This document shows, piece after piece, positions 27,301 to 40,309 of a DNA stretch of 64,000 nucleotides. The stretch's first letter is position 1, and every line of letters starts with the position of its first letter. Origin of the DNA: Kudoa neothunni (Eukaryota; Animalia; Cnidaria). A program made the position numbers and the translations under genes. The stretch is taken from the NCBI GenBank assembly GCA_964304625.1, contig OZ199839.1, positions 3,212,524-3,276,523 on the forward strand, written 5' to 3'. The notes below the pieces were generated by a model. It made no database searches. It worked only from the letters and a program-made list of their open reading frames with translations, and had not been told where the DNA came from.

Positions 27301-30300
27301 TTCAATATATTAATTTAATCGTTCAAATCTATATAGTATATGAAGATTACAAACTTTTTAAAATGTAATCACGTTACTTAAAACTTTTAAAAATCGTCTT
27401 GGCGAATTACATTTAAATTATTGATTAATTAAATTTAATAGGTTTAAAAATTGAGTCCAATAACAGAGATTTAGGTAAAATATAATAATTCCGCATTCTA
27501 TCTCTAGGATTTGTCAAATCCGTCATTTTGAAGTTCTTTAAAATACTCCCAGCTGATACCATATCTAAAAATGGAACTAAACATGTTTAAATATTTAAAA
27601 AAATAGTGAATAAGGATCACTTACATCAAATTCGAATCTTTTAGCTGGTTTCGAGTTAATTTTCCCACGATTTTAAAGGTTAATTAATTTTCAAAATTTC
27701 ATTTTATTGTCCTTTGTTCAAAAATATTTATATTACTTATTTCAATTCGGAAAAATTTTTCGTTCATTAAAAATGCAATGGTTCAGAAAGATAACCACGT
27801 CATGCTTTAAAAGCGTAAGTTGCTCTTAGTACAGTACCTCATCTTCGAAGTCATTGTTAGTTTAAACCTCATTTTATTTTTGAACGATTTGTTTAGTAAT
27901 TGTAAGATTTTTTGAATTTGTCGAAAGAAAGTGATTAATGTTTCTTTATTTTAAATTCTCTATAATTAAAAAATTCCAGTAATGTTTTAGGATCGTCAAT
28001 TATTTGTAATGATCTATTACTTTAATATCACCTAGGCCTATTTCTGTACTGGTTTCTGGTGTTGTGTCGAGTACCAAAAGTTAATTGAGCTCAACGATTG
28101 TACGGCAGCATTTTCCATCTGGGAGTGAAAATTAAGGATTTGGAGGGGATAGATTGGATCATGACTGGAAATAATTTTTGAGAAATTTTTATAAATTGTT
28201 GATTTTTCAATATGTAGATGAAAAAACCTTAATGTATACATCGTTTTTTTCTTAGTTGAATTAATGCTCATTTTTCCTTTTAATATGATGCAGGAATATT
28301 TTACGATACGCGTTTAATTCAAAATATTGATGAATTAAATTTTTATTTGATTAACTTAGAAATGATCCTAATATTTAAACGTTAAAAAGTAAAAAATAAA
28401 AAGATAATTTATTTTGTAAACAAATTTAAAAATACTCAAATTTTTATTTATCTACGTCTTATCATATATAGAAGTGGATATGGTAGTGTATATAGAGGGG
28501 TGCGGATTTCATTTTCTCGTCAAAAGGAGGAGCAAGTCCGATTTGAATTGGGATGCGGTGTTCTATATGCTCCAATGTATAATTAAAATCATTTCTTTTT
28601 AATTTATCTCAAATTGATAAATAACTTTTTTTATTTCTATTATGAACCTGGATTGTTAATTTTAAAATTATGAATTAAGTAAATAACGCGTTTTTAATGA
28701 AACATAAGGTCGCGGGATTAAGAATCATTAATTTTTTGGAAGCAAATTAAAACAATAAAATTTACTATTCCCCAATTTTTTAAATAAAAATATTAATGCT
28801 TTTAAAATATTAATTTCATCTGAGTGAAGTGGATTTTTCATACATTGAAATTAAATTTTAACGCAACCCCTAGTTAACTGGGAGGCAATTTTAAAGGATT
28901 CGAAAGAATTGGATACCAAAATGGAATTACAAACTGATGAACCATTGGTATGATTAACTGAAATTCTCAGGATTTGAATAATGGGGAAATTTAGAATACA
29001 GAGTTGTTTATAAAAGCTTGGGATGTGGTTGTGTATCAAAAAAATGAAACTAGTAATTATATCATAAATACATATTATTGCTTATTTAAAAATTAAGCGA
29101 CGAAAGATATTCCCGAAACTCAACCTACCACAGAAGAAGATGACACGTAATTAACTTTTCGAAATATATTTTTGAATGTTAACTTTGAAGGTTTTTAAAA
29201 CAAATCAATCTACTCGATAAAAACATCATGAATGTTGGTGATAATCAAGATGTGCAAACAGTTAATATAAAAATGAAGACATTCACTTCGACCCAAGCAT
29301 CGGAATCGTTATATTTTTCAAAACCGTTAGATGACAAGGATATAATGGATATTGTTGAAAATTCGGAAGAAATAGACAAACCCAAAGAGACTCTGCAATC
29401 TACCTATGTAAGCTTAGATTTTTCTGCAACCGATTCCTCAGCGGAAAAAGAATCTGCAAGCAAAATTGTGCTAGCTGTGACTAAAAACAAACAAATAAGT
29501 ACCCAAGTCGAAAAGTCAAATGTTATTGCGGGTGATGTGCTCGTGGTTAAAATATCAAACAGCTTAAGCAAAAAGTTAAATATAACATTCAGCCAAATTG
29601 TAAAAGTGGATCCTAACAGGAGGAATTTCAGATGTTGCACCTTACATAGTATAATCAATAAATATTCATTAAATAAATAATTTATATTTATAGGTAAAAA
29701 GCTCACTTGGGAGACAAGTTATTGCTCCATATTGAGAGAGGTTACCTTGTCGAATACACTTACAAATTACACATGTACGTGTAACCACACAACGAGCTAT
29801 GCAATTATTTTCGATGTTTTCGATCAGGATTCCTCTGCAAATAAATATTATCAACACGAAGTATCGTTAATATTAACATTGATTTCCCTACTTTTCCTCG
29901 TCATTACAATAATTTGTATTTTGACGTCAAAGTAATTTGAAAAATATTCTTTATATGGATCGATTTAAATATTTTGTTGACAGAAATATTTTCAAAATGA
30001 GATCATTGGCCCAATTGTGGATGTGTGTCTCTATCTTCATGTTTCATCTTTCATTTATCTTTGGGAATATATTCAACAATGTTCAAAGTTCTTGTTTTAA
30101 TGTTGCAGTTTTTCTACATTATGCCCTTATGAGTCAATACTTTTCTTTATTTTTAAATTCGTTCTTACTGTTTAAAAATCTTGTCCTCACGATGAAAAAA
30201 ATAAGCTCAATAATTATGAATATAATTGCCTTTTTGATTATAGGTAAAAATTTATATTTATGTAATTTTGTAATGTTGTTATAGGGATTCCTCTGGCCAT

Positions 30301-30838
30301 CGTAATGCTCTGCTGGAAATTTTATCGCAAATTTTACGTAAAAGATAAACAGTATTTTTTTTTCGTGATAACTAAACAATTTTTATCTGAACTATATTAT
30401 AGTTGTATACCGCATGGGCCCTTAAAACTGGCAACAATAACTATTCCTGGTGCGGCGATATTATTTTTCAATTTGATAGTATTTGCGCTCGTTTTGAAGA
30501 CGATATTCAGATCCGAATGCACAAAAAAGAAGAAAACCTCTATAAAACAGCGTGCAAAACAATTAATGTTCTTGTTTACTTTGCTAGGTCTTCCTATGCT
30601 TCTTCAATTGTTGTCTTCGTTTGTTAAGAGTGATTTTATTATATTGGTTTCCAATATGATAAACACTTCGATTGGAATTATCTTATTTTTCATTCTTATC
30701 GTTGGCAACAATGAGATGAGAAAGCATATTGCCTCATCATTCAGATCACGAACCACCACCAAAAAGTATCTAATGTCAAGTAGCAACCAAAAATCCGGCA
30801 CAAGAATGATGTCATTTTCAACAAAAAATGTTTCATGA
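21394..30838 (+). CDS. Adhesion GPCR (class B2): long modular ectodomain + GAIN/GPS + 7TM; start codon not located
   Basis: GPS motif ...CCTLH/GKKLTWETSYC...YTCTCNHTTSYAIIF (29630-29811), then seven hydrophobic helices with secretin-family signatures (CFNVAVFLHY, LLGL, NTSIGIILFFILIVGNNEMR), stop at 30838. Upstream, 13 open phase-1 exons of ~260-295 nt (21394-26868) and small exons 28873-29147 splice in frame. Exons within 26869-28872 are uncertain, so joining of the module block to the 7TM part is inferred. Confidence 0.8.
22438..26868 (+). repeat. Tandem duplication of a 5-exon ectodomain cassette (22438-24068 and 25249-26868)
   Basis: Exon-by-exon similarity, e.g. ELRLNLPYEIIMVNWSLK / ELKLNIPYEIIRTNWSLK, WVNTQISIIL / WVNAQVSITL, ILLKWDLHDTQGNQVKSSN / ILLKWYLLDTQDKQVKSSN, with the same intron positions. 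Confidence 0.95.
24507..24890 (-). mobile_element. Mariner transposase 3' remnant inside the intron between the duplicated cassettes
   Basis: WILHYDNTPADTS...NPPYSPDSAPCDL and LKGRRFSSITEIK match mariner HDNAPAH / YSPDLAP motifs. TA-CGTGTCCTGTTCAAAAAGTATCGAG terminus at ~24507. Confidence 0.9.
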
Positions 30839-33800
30839 TAATTATTTGAATTTGAAATTAATTTAAGTAGTAGAATTAGTCGTTATTAATTATTATTATT
30901 GTTAGGATTTTTTCTCTTATATTAAATTTATATGCACTGAGAAAAACCTCCAATTTAATTGTTCTCAACAATTATTACTAAATTCAACAACGGTCATTGC
31001 GCACTTTTTTGGGGATGGCAAAAAGGTACGCAATATCCATATAATTGCGCGCGCATGAAATATATAAAACTCAATCCTTTTCTTTAAAACGAACTGATTA
31101 ATAATAATAATATGACCATCTTTCTAGATTTATTCAAACTTTAAAAGTTGAGAATTAAGGGCAAGCTTGATCGTCTCTGTGTATCTAGAAAGGTGTTCTT
31201 TCTGAATTAGTTTTCGATAAATTTTTCTTTTAAATCTAATTTTGGGAATTAAATTATAAACAGATTTGGATTTACCAAGGTTTCATTGGGTAAAAAAAGC
31301 AAAAGATGTACGTAAGAACCATGGCATATAGGGGTGTGCGCGTGTTTGGATTGAAGTTGTTATTTTACGTTTAATTTGATTTTGAAATTTACGATTTAAT
31401 CTTATAAAATCGGCTATATTTATATTCATTTAAAAATTTTTAACAATGACGCAATTAGATATTATTACAGTTGAAAAACGTAATGAAATATTTTTATAAA
31501 AAACGGGCTTAAAAATGTTAATTTTTAATTGTGAAGCAAAAAACATGATAACTAAATCCAAAAAATGCAATTTGTTCCAACATATTCGATTTTTAATATT
31601 ATCATTTATGATATGAGGCCTGTGTTCAGAATTCAAAAAATTTTTACAATTAAACATAGTTGTCAGTAATCAATAATGATGTTTTAGTTTATAAATTTTT
31701 TTAGCGGTTTTCTATAGCTAAATTTAAAAGATATGTAATTAATATTTGAAGATATATACCATCGGATTTTTTAAACAGTTGTTTCCCACATTATAGTGGT
31801 ATTAATCTGTACGAAATTTATAATGAAAATTATAACACCTATAATAAATTTAATCAAAAAGGGTTAAACAGACATATTTGATTTTTTTCTATTCTACTTA
31901 TTTCATCATAATAATCCAAAAATAAGTGACAGCTAAATGTCTCATTGTAGTTTTTTTCTCAAATTGTTTACAGTTTAATTCATTGACGTGAGTCTTATTT
32001 TCCTAAAGAAATATTATACTAGGAGTTACATAAAAATAAAATATTATGGATTTCAGGAAATGAAAAATAAAAATTCTTCTCCATACAGCCGTTAGATTGC
32101 GCAGACATAAAAACAAAACTTAGTAATATTTCGAAATTAATATAAAATGATTAATTTAAAAATAATGTTATACGCGAGAGTTATCTTTTTATTACATAAT
32201 TTTAATATTTTATATAAGGTCTAACGAATTTGTTCATCCATTCGCACCTATATACACGTATCTTGCAAATTTTAAAGAATAAACACTTTAGTTTATTATT
32301 TATCAATAAAAATTGATTTTAATAGATTCATTAAATCGAAAGGAAATAAAATTTAATTATATTATTTTTACTGATTGTTGTTGGTTAGATTCTTCCAAGA
32401 TTTTATTGGATCACGTATCTTTTAATCATCAATTAGATCGTTCATATTAGTCTCTCAGAGATATATGCATCAAATAAATCAATTTGTATTTAATGATTTA
32501 GCTCACAATTTTCTATATAAAATATTTAAATCTCATCCACATTTTTAACATTATCCATTTGTCGTGGTTACATCAATAACATTAAATATAATAAAACTAT
32601 TTTTTAATTTAATCAGCAATTAAAATTCTGCTGTAATGAAGAAATTTACTCTTTATTTTTATTATTATCTATTTTATGCAATAAAATAGAGTTAATTTAA
32701 CCCTTAAACAATCTAATAGTAAAAGCATACATTCAGGTGTTATCATTATAGTTTTTAATCTACGTACAGTGACCAACAATTGTAGTTTAAAATCAATGAA
32801 CCTACTCAGATTTAAATAACAACATGTAATCCTGTAAGGAAACCAAAGTACTAATTAATTTGTACACGTGAATAAAATTTTCAATTATAAAAATATTTCT
32901 ATTTTTCTGTATTGACTATTAGTTCAATTTTTGCTGTTTAATAAATTAATCCTGTATCATTTTTATTAATATAAAAATAGAAAAACGTGGTGTCAAAGTT
33001 TAATTTCGTTCAACTTCTTTAACATAAAAATCACCAAATAATGATACACTTTGATTTTGAGATATTGTTAAATTTAATGGTTGCTAAAATTAGTGCTCAA
33101 TATCCATTTTTTAGCATCTATAAAAAAGATTTTCAATAAATAACTCCAAATGTTTCTTTAATAGCATATAAGATTTATAAGCTAGAACTGCATTTTAGAA
33201 AACGCCAAAATAATGACACACAATGAAAAGTGGGAAATATCCACCTATGCAATAACCGTTGTTGACTGTATAGTAGTTGTGTTTGCATCATTTTATGTTT
33301 TAGTAAATTATTTTTCATAATTTTTTCCTGAATCTTCGGTTAATATAAAAATTACGCGTTATATCACATTTTAGAGTAAATAACTACCGAATGTACATGT
33401 ATAACATAGTTAAACTAATATTCGCCCTTGGGGGAATCAGAATGTTTATATATCCCACAAGTGTAATTAAAAAGAAAATACTGAATGTAAGTGGCGATTG
33501 ACATGGTAAATAATATTCAGATGACACTAGTTTTGACTATATTTAATAATTTCTCGCCCTATGAGCGAAGCGATGGATCAGAAATTATTAAATCTAGCAG
33601 ATTCTAAAAAATTATATCTGTAAGCAGTTATTAAGTAATAGCTGCCAGGATTAAAAATGTCTAATGCACAAGCGTACATGTCATTTTGGGTTAAATTTTA
33701 CCGTACCAATAGCCTCTGGAAATCAATATTCAATTATTTTTAACAGTGAGTTAATATATTCCGGATTTATGCAAAACTTCAACTAATTTACGCCGAAGAG

Positions 33801-34716
33801 TCTGAAATCACCTACGGTATTCCCGATTGCCCTCTATATCTTAATTTTAATATATAAAACTACTGATAATTTCACGCGTTGAATACAATGGATAAATCAC
33901 TCAAATTTTGAATCATAACGTCTAATTAATTATATTTATTTAATATTCAAATAATATATAATCAAAATAGCCTCTAAGGTTTTGTGCTGCCCCCAATGAA
34001 AATTATTCTTCCTTTTCCTTCAACTTTTCTCTTGTATATATGAGCTAGATAAATTAAAAAACATCAATTGAGATTTTAGGTTTTACGAGTATGACCCCCA
34101 CGATAAATGCTACTGAGATTCCCACTAAAGAGGCTACAAAGAAGGTTAAGTAAGCACGTGTCTTTTTAAAATTGTTATTTTCGTTTTCTTTGGTCACAGT
34201 CACTTCTACTTTTGCCTAAATAGTTATGAGAGAATAAATTGAAACTTTGTAAATAAAAACTTTTTTATGGAGCGATTTTTCATGTTTTAGGTCGGCAAAT
34301 TTATCATCAAAATGCAAAGTTGCATCAACAACCATTTGAAATTGTTTCTCTGTGATAAAATTCATCTAAAAATAGTTTGTTATAGGGCTTAAATGCATTA
34401 AATTTTAACTCTTTGTATCTTTTCTACTCCTAACGCTATCGGCAAAACAATATTGATTGGATGATGATATGATATATTAGTGAAATGGCACCTCAAATGG
34501 AAACAATACCCAAATGAACAGTTCTAAAGTCATTTAATATCATATATTTGAATTTTTAACAACCTTTTCGTTATCAGAAGTTTCACTACGCTGCTTTAAT
34601 ACAGGGAATTCATATATTTTCTAATTAAAAGTATATAGATATGCTTATGATAAAAATCTACTCCTTTAAGTAGATTTAAAACGGCTTGATTTCTTGAAAA
34701 CCCATACAGGCGTTAA

Positions 34717-36388
34717 CCCTGTAAGGTACACAAAAACGACTACATTCCAACGAACTTGGGGTCTTTTGGACCTCAGATTTTTATTTTACGATAGTTAATA
34801 AAAAAACATTTCAAAACGTCATAAAAACTTTAAGAAATTTCTATATACAGAATTTTGAGAAAAATGTGATTCGTTGAGCCAGTTAATCCTACAAAATCCT
34901 ATTCGGTAGGCTTATATAACGTTTTGTAGATTTTCGTTTAAATAAATCAACAATCTCTCGTATTACAGAGCAGTGGTTTTCAACCTTTTTGGAATTGCGG
35001 AACCCCAAAGAGATTAAAATTTTCAATCGAGCTTATTAACAAAAATAAAAGAGATAATATATATAAAATTAAGCCTTAATAAATAAAATACAAGTTTTAA
35101 AATTTGCACGCACGCTTACCAAAAAATAACAGAGGTAGTTTCTAAGTTTGTTTTGTATTCAAAATAAATAAAAACAAATATGATATTTGTGGTTGGTGAC
35201 TGTGTATTACATCTACAATATTTGGATATTTTTTGTCTCCATCTTAAAGCATTGAATCAAAAGCGATGACTTTTTGGATATTGTTCATAAGCGAAAGAAG
35301 GCATAGCTCACTCACTTTCTGCTGTTTTAATTGCAACAGAACAATACGATCCCCGAAATCGCAAAATGCTTGCTATGCAGAAAATATTTAAAAGAAAAAG
35401 ACGAAATGATAACAAAATTTAATGAAATTCGGGCTCTTGCATTCTAAAGCGAACTCAGATTCTTGAAGCACCGCTACCAACAGCATTCAGTGAGATTTTA
35501 ACAAATTAATAGGTTTTAAATCTTTATTATTAAAATTATTCTAAATTTAGGTATAGGTTATGAGAATAATAATTAATTAAAATTGACAGAATTGTTTATA
35601 TTCGACATCACTAAACATATCGGCAACATTTTTTAAATTTAGATGCCAATATCAAATTTTCATATGTATTCCTGCCGCGGGACTCAGGTTGAAAGCCACT
35701 GCTATAGAGAGAAATAAACATAAAAGAAACAAAAAAATTTGAATATCGAAACCAATAGATTTGTATTTTTAACACTAATTATACTTACTCAAATAATAAA
35801 ATCGACCAAAACATCCTCAAAACTAATACATCGTGTGTTTATTATTTCCTATTTTGACGAGTAAACATTTGCAGAATCCTTTTTTAAAGTTTGATTCCAT
35901 TATTTCGATTTCTTAGGGACAATATGAATCGGATGTTCTAGTTACATTCTGATCCTTTGATTGTTAACAAATAATGGTTAGTAGAAACATAACAAATATC
36001 ATGGTTCATTTTATTGTCCAGCGAGCTTGTACGAAGTGTTATATTAGCTTGCCGATTTGACTTAGGAAGGATTAACTAGCCCAATGAATCATCATTTTCT
36101 CATAATTCAGCCGGTAGAAATTTCCTAAAATTTGCGTGGCATTTTTAAATATTTTTTTATTAACTATCGTAAAATAAAAACCTGGGGTCCAACAGATCCC
36201 AAGTTCGTTGGAATGTAATTTTTTAGTTCAATGTGAAATTTTGTTAATTTTTTTTAAAGTTTAGTAAGTTGTAAATGCCGTAATTTCATGGAAATAACAT
36301 GAATTTCAAGTGTTTCGAAAGAATAAGTTACATTACAATCAATTTAAAACTACTTTGAGATCCAAAATACCCCAAGTTCGTTAGAGGG
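34717..36388. mobile_element. Non-autonomous piggyBac-type element
   Basis: TTAA|CCCT ... AGGG|TTAA. Inverted subterminal repeats CATTCCAACGAACTTGGG (34743) / CCCAAGTTCGTTGGAATG (~36198) and CCCAAGTTCGTTAGAGGG (36371). Confidence 0.7.
34971..35701. mobile_element. hAT/Charlie-type MITE nested in the piggyBac element
   Basis: TIRs CAGTGGTTTTCAACCT / AGGTTGAAAGCCACTG; 8-bp imperfect TSD TTACAGAG / CTATAGAG. Confidence 0.85.
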
Positions 36389-36599
36389 TTAATCTTCAAA
36401 ATGTTTATTACTTTTCAAAAAACTCGTTATGGATTGCATTCATTCATTTCATATTAAATATTCTCATAGGTTTAACTTCTAGAATAGACAGATAATAATT
36501 AATACATATTGAGTTATTTTGTATTATATTTTTATCTTTGTTATGATCCAAATTACTCTATTATATCATAATGAAATCATTTATTCATATTTTACGTAA

Positions 36600-39500
36600 T
36601 TATAACATATTTTTGATGGTTAGAGCATTTTTGTTAGGAAAAAATGCCTTAATATTAATAAACAGGGGGTATATAATCATATTTTTATTGGAATCAGATT
36701 CTGTGAATAAAATTATACGCAACTGTATCAGTAGGGTTATAATTGTGCGTTTATTACTTTTGGAAGTGGTTTGGTGAGAAATAAACAATCAAGCGTTGTA
36801 CTAACCTCCTAGATATAATTAAACATATGATGTACGATCATTAATATACGTTGATCCCAACCAAATAAGCAAAATGTATTTGTTTACGAACCAACGGAAT
36901 CGTAAAATCCACGTAGCCAGAGCTGGTAGGATGAGACTTTTTAATGTTCTTCAACTTTATTCATAATAAATAATATTTGTTTAGATTAAGATAAATACAT
37001 TTAAGGTGTAGATAATTTGTTTAAAATGGAAATGTTGGTAATAATCTAGATCTTGTTTCGGCATGTCATCGGCTACAACAATGCTCTTTGGTTTTATATC
37101 ACTAAATATTCCACATATTTATTTGAATTATTTCAAATAAATATACGCTTTAATACTGAGATCGAAATTAAACTCAACGTTGAGTGGTTTTTGAACGACT
37201 GTTTTTTCGTTCTTATCTCTAATATCAATAATATAAAATTTATAATTTCCAAAGATGGTACATAAGTTCTATTCGAGCGTGATATGAAGTTGAAACTTTG
37301 GATGTGTTGTTTAATTTAGCCTTTAAATGGATAACTTTCTAGTACATAGTTATTGAATATAGCTTAACCAACGTATGGAGGTTTTAAGTATTACTTTTTT
37401 GTGTTGCATTGCAGCTGTTTTTATCGACAAGTAATAAACACCAGCCGAGGATTTTTTTTTATCCAACACTGTAAACATATCAACCTAAATTCAAAAATTG
37501 TATCACACCAACAACTTGTAAATGTATTTTTTACGTTGTAAAGAATTATATCGGACGGCAAATTAATTTTAAAAGAGTAATCAAATATATGATCAGTTGA
37601 TTTAGTCGAAACAACCAAAAGAATATCGAACAATATACTCTTCATGGAATAGAATCTAAAGCAAATCTTGGAACAAATATTAAATATTATCCCAAAAAAC
37701 CCTTGGGGAAGTTTGTAACCGACATCCAAATCGATATTTTTTGTGCATTCTGTTACATCACAATTTACCACTGGAATCTGATCAATTATAAAAAACTAGA
37801 TTTAACATTCGTTGTAACTAATCTACCTCAATGAGAAGTGGGGTTTGAATGGGGTTTACCACGTGGAATCGTGTATCATCATCTAGTAGAGTGATACCTG
37901 TAATTGCCATATGATAAGATTTTTCATTTTCATAATTTTGACCCTAAATAATAATTGAACGACGGCGACGATCATTCCCCTATTCACCACATTGTATTCA
38001 TGTGTAAAACATTTGACTTCGCCGCTACCTCTCGCCACTTGAACATTATAGTATTGATATAAAGATTTCGATCGAAACAAATTAGGATTCTCATCTTGGG
38101 AACCAATGAATATAATAGATTAAAATAAAATAGACCGAGTAAGAAACGTTCCAAAGAATACCAAAATTTATATGATCGATTTCTACTTTTAAAGGTACGT
38201 CTAATATCATTATATCTATCTTTAGTCAGTCCAAAGATTACCTTCTTTATAGTCACTGTTGGTTAAGTAATGGACGCATATTTGTAAATCGAAACTATAC
38301 AAATATTGATATATATATATATATATATATCGAAATATAAAAATTTTTTAATACCATGTATTAGCTTGTGGACTCTTTGAGTTATTATTGTTGCATTCGG
38401 CAAGATTAGATTTGGGATATGTGATCTCGGCGATGGTAGTTGAAATATCAAAATATAAAACAATGTGTGGTTCGAGGGTTATTCTGTGAGCTGATCCTTT
38501 TGCACCAAAGAGAAACACTAATCAACGTGTGTTGAAAATTATTAATTGAATATTTTCTACAAATATACTGATTTTGGGTTCATTAGTATCATGGTAACAG
38601 TCGAATGATTGGCCGAACATACTGACAGTACTATCGACAAGACTATTTAAGTCAGAGCTCTAGATGTAATTAATAAACAATTAGTTATTGATAAATTAAT
38701 TCACTGTATATAATTTTTTGTCTAGTCCACTTTGCGTAGCAAAAAATATAAACATTTCTCCTTGGTTATTGTCGTTATTAGTGAGCACAATAACATCTAG
38801 AAACAAGATTAAACCATAATAACGATATAGGCATTATACCTTCGTAGCCATTTCTATCAATATCTCCACAATTGTAGAGGTATTCGCCGAAATTAGCATT
38901 TTTAACGTTGTGATGGATCATTTCAGAAAGATATCCCATTTTTGAATTCTTTAAACGAATTAAAATAATTCAAAACTTAAGTTAAAGTCACCCCATCTAT
39001 TGGTGTTATAATCAGAATTGCTCCTGCATGATGCTGAAGAGTGCTGTCTTTTGAAAGACCAATCACAATTTTCTGTCTAACGTATTCCTATTTTTGCATC
39101 CACAGTCACATTCAATGTATATGTAATGATTATTATTAATCAAATTGATACATCGCCAGATATTAAAATCATCTGGTTGTTGACCACAGAAGAAAACTTA
39201 AAGTAAAAATTCATTTTTCCACTAATCAGTCACATGCTTACGATATAAAAACACAACACATCTATGGGCTTGTTTGTTAAGGGGAGCGAACTTTGTTGAT
39301 TGAATATAACTAAACAGCTTAAGTTTGGGTTTTCCGTTTTGACCAACGAAACAATTTCTATATATAAATATTTGTTGGGTATTAGTTGAGTGAATAATTA
39401 ACTAACCGTCTCCAGGAGAAGAATGTACATCTCCAATCTTAAAATACATGCCTATGTGAATGTTTCATTCGAAGAGTCATATTTTACCTACAAAATACCT

Positions 39501-40309
39501 AATCCGCTAGTTTTATAATGAACGGATTCTTCTCCTAACTGAAATTCTTTGATTCGCTTACCATTTTCTATGGAAACTGCTTGAATTATACCTAAAAAAT
39601 ATTTTGTATCAATAAATTAACTTAATTTAATAATTTTATGGTTTACCTTGGTATTCAAGCTCGTTCGGTGTCCCCAAATATATCAATGAGTTGACCGTTG
39701 AAAACTCCGCATGAAGAGTATCGGTACAAACTAATAAATTCCATATAATGTAAAGCGTTCTACCTCTAATTTTACGCTTTGGAAGGATATCATTTTCAAG
39801 ACGGACTGTGTGAACTGTAAGGTTGGAAAACACACTGTATAAAGGATTTACGCAATTTTGATTATCGAGACTCTTGATTTGGGATTAAAAGTTAAAATAG
39901 CATGTGCGTTACCAATTTTTTTTGATTTTTTGAAGTATGTAGTAATATTCTTCCGAAAGAATTTCCAACAGGACCTAATCTTACAGTTACTACTAGTTAG
40001 GCGTCACAATTCGCACAAATTATCCTATCCTTTTTCAACGTATTAGAAGACTCCAAATTTGAATATTTGTAAATTGAACTTTCGGAAAATTTTGTATCTG
40101 ATACTAACAAACTAAAACAAATTACGATGTTGGCTATCTTAATAATAACTTGAAATTTACGTATTCGCGTCATAAAATAACACACTCCTACCAAATTGGG
40201 CACTTGGAGAATCAGGTTTCAATTCTGATATCTGACTCCAATCGAAAAAGCCATAGACTTTTCCAACATGCGAAGCAAACCAGATCGCAGTCAATATCGA
40301 TATATACAT
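36600..40309 (-). pseudogene. Integrin alpha subunit, multi-exon, with frameshifts/stops (probable pseudogene)
   Basis: Signal peptide MYISILTAIWFASHVGKVYG, then FFDWSQISELKPDSPSAQFGRSV. Successive FG-GAP-type blades: GNSFGRIL, LIYLGTPNELEYQG, ANFGEYLYNCGDIDRNGYEDVIV..GEMFIFFATQSGL (Ca-binding loop ~38840-38866), SMFGQSF..LFGAKG. Degenerate C-terminal KAFFPNK resembles GFFKR. Indels at ~39065-39095 and in the 3' exons. Confidence 0.8.

Noticed and set aside
28470-28515. SGYGSVYRGVRIS resembling a protein-kinase glycine loop
   Set aside because: No VAIK, HRD or DFG motifs follow; probably a chance alternative frame.
29404-30801. Antisense ORFs overlapping the GPCR (similarly 11750-11998, 15605-15984, 49211-49779)
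   Set aside because: Shadow frames opposite or overlapping real exons.
32300-33360. Possible decayed minus-strand gene
   Set aside because: All frames are heavily interrupted and no family signature was found.
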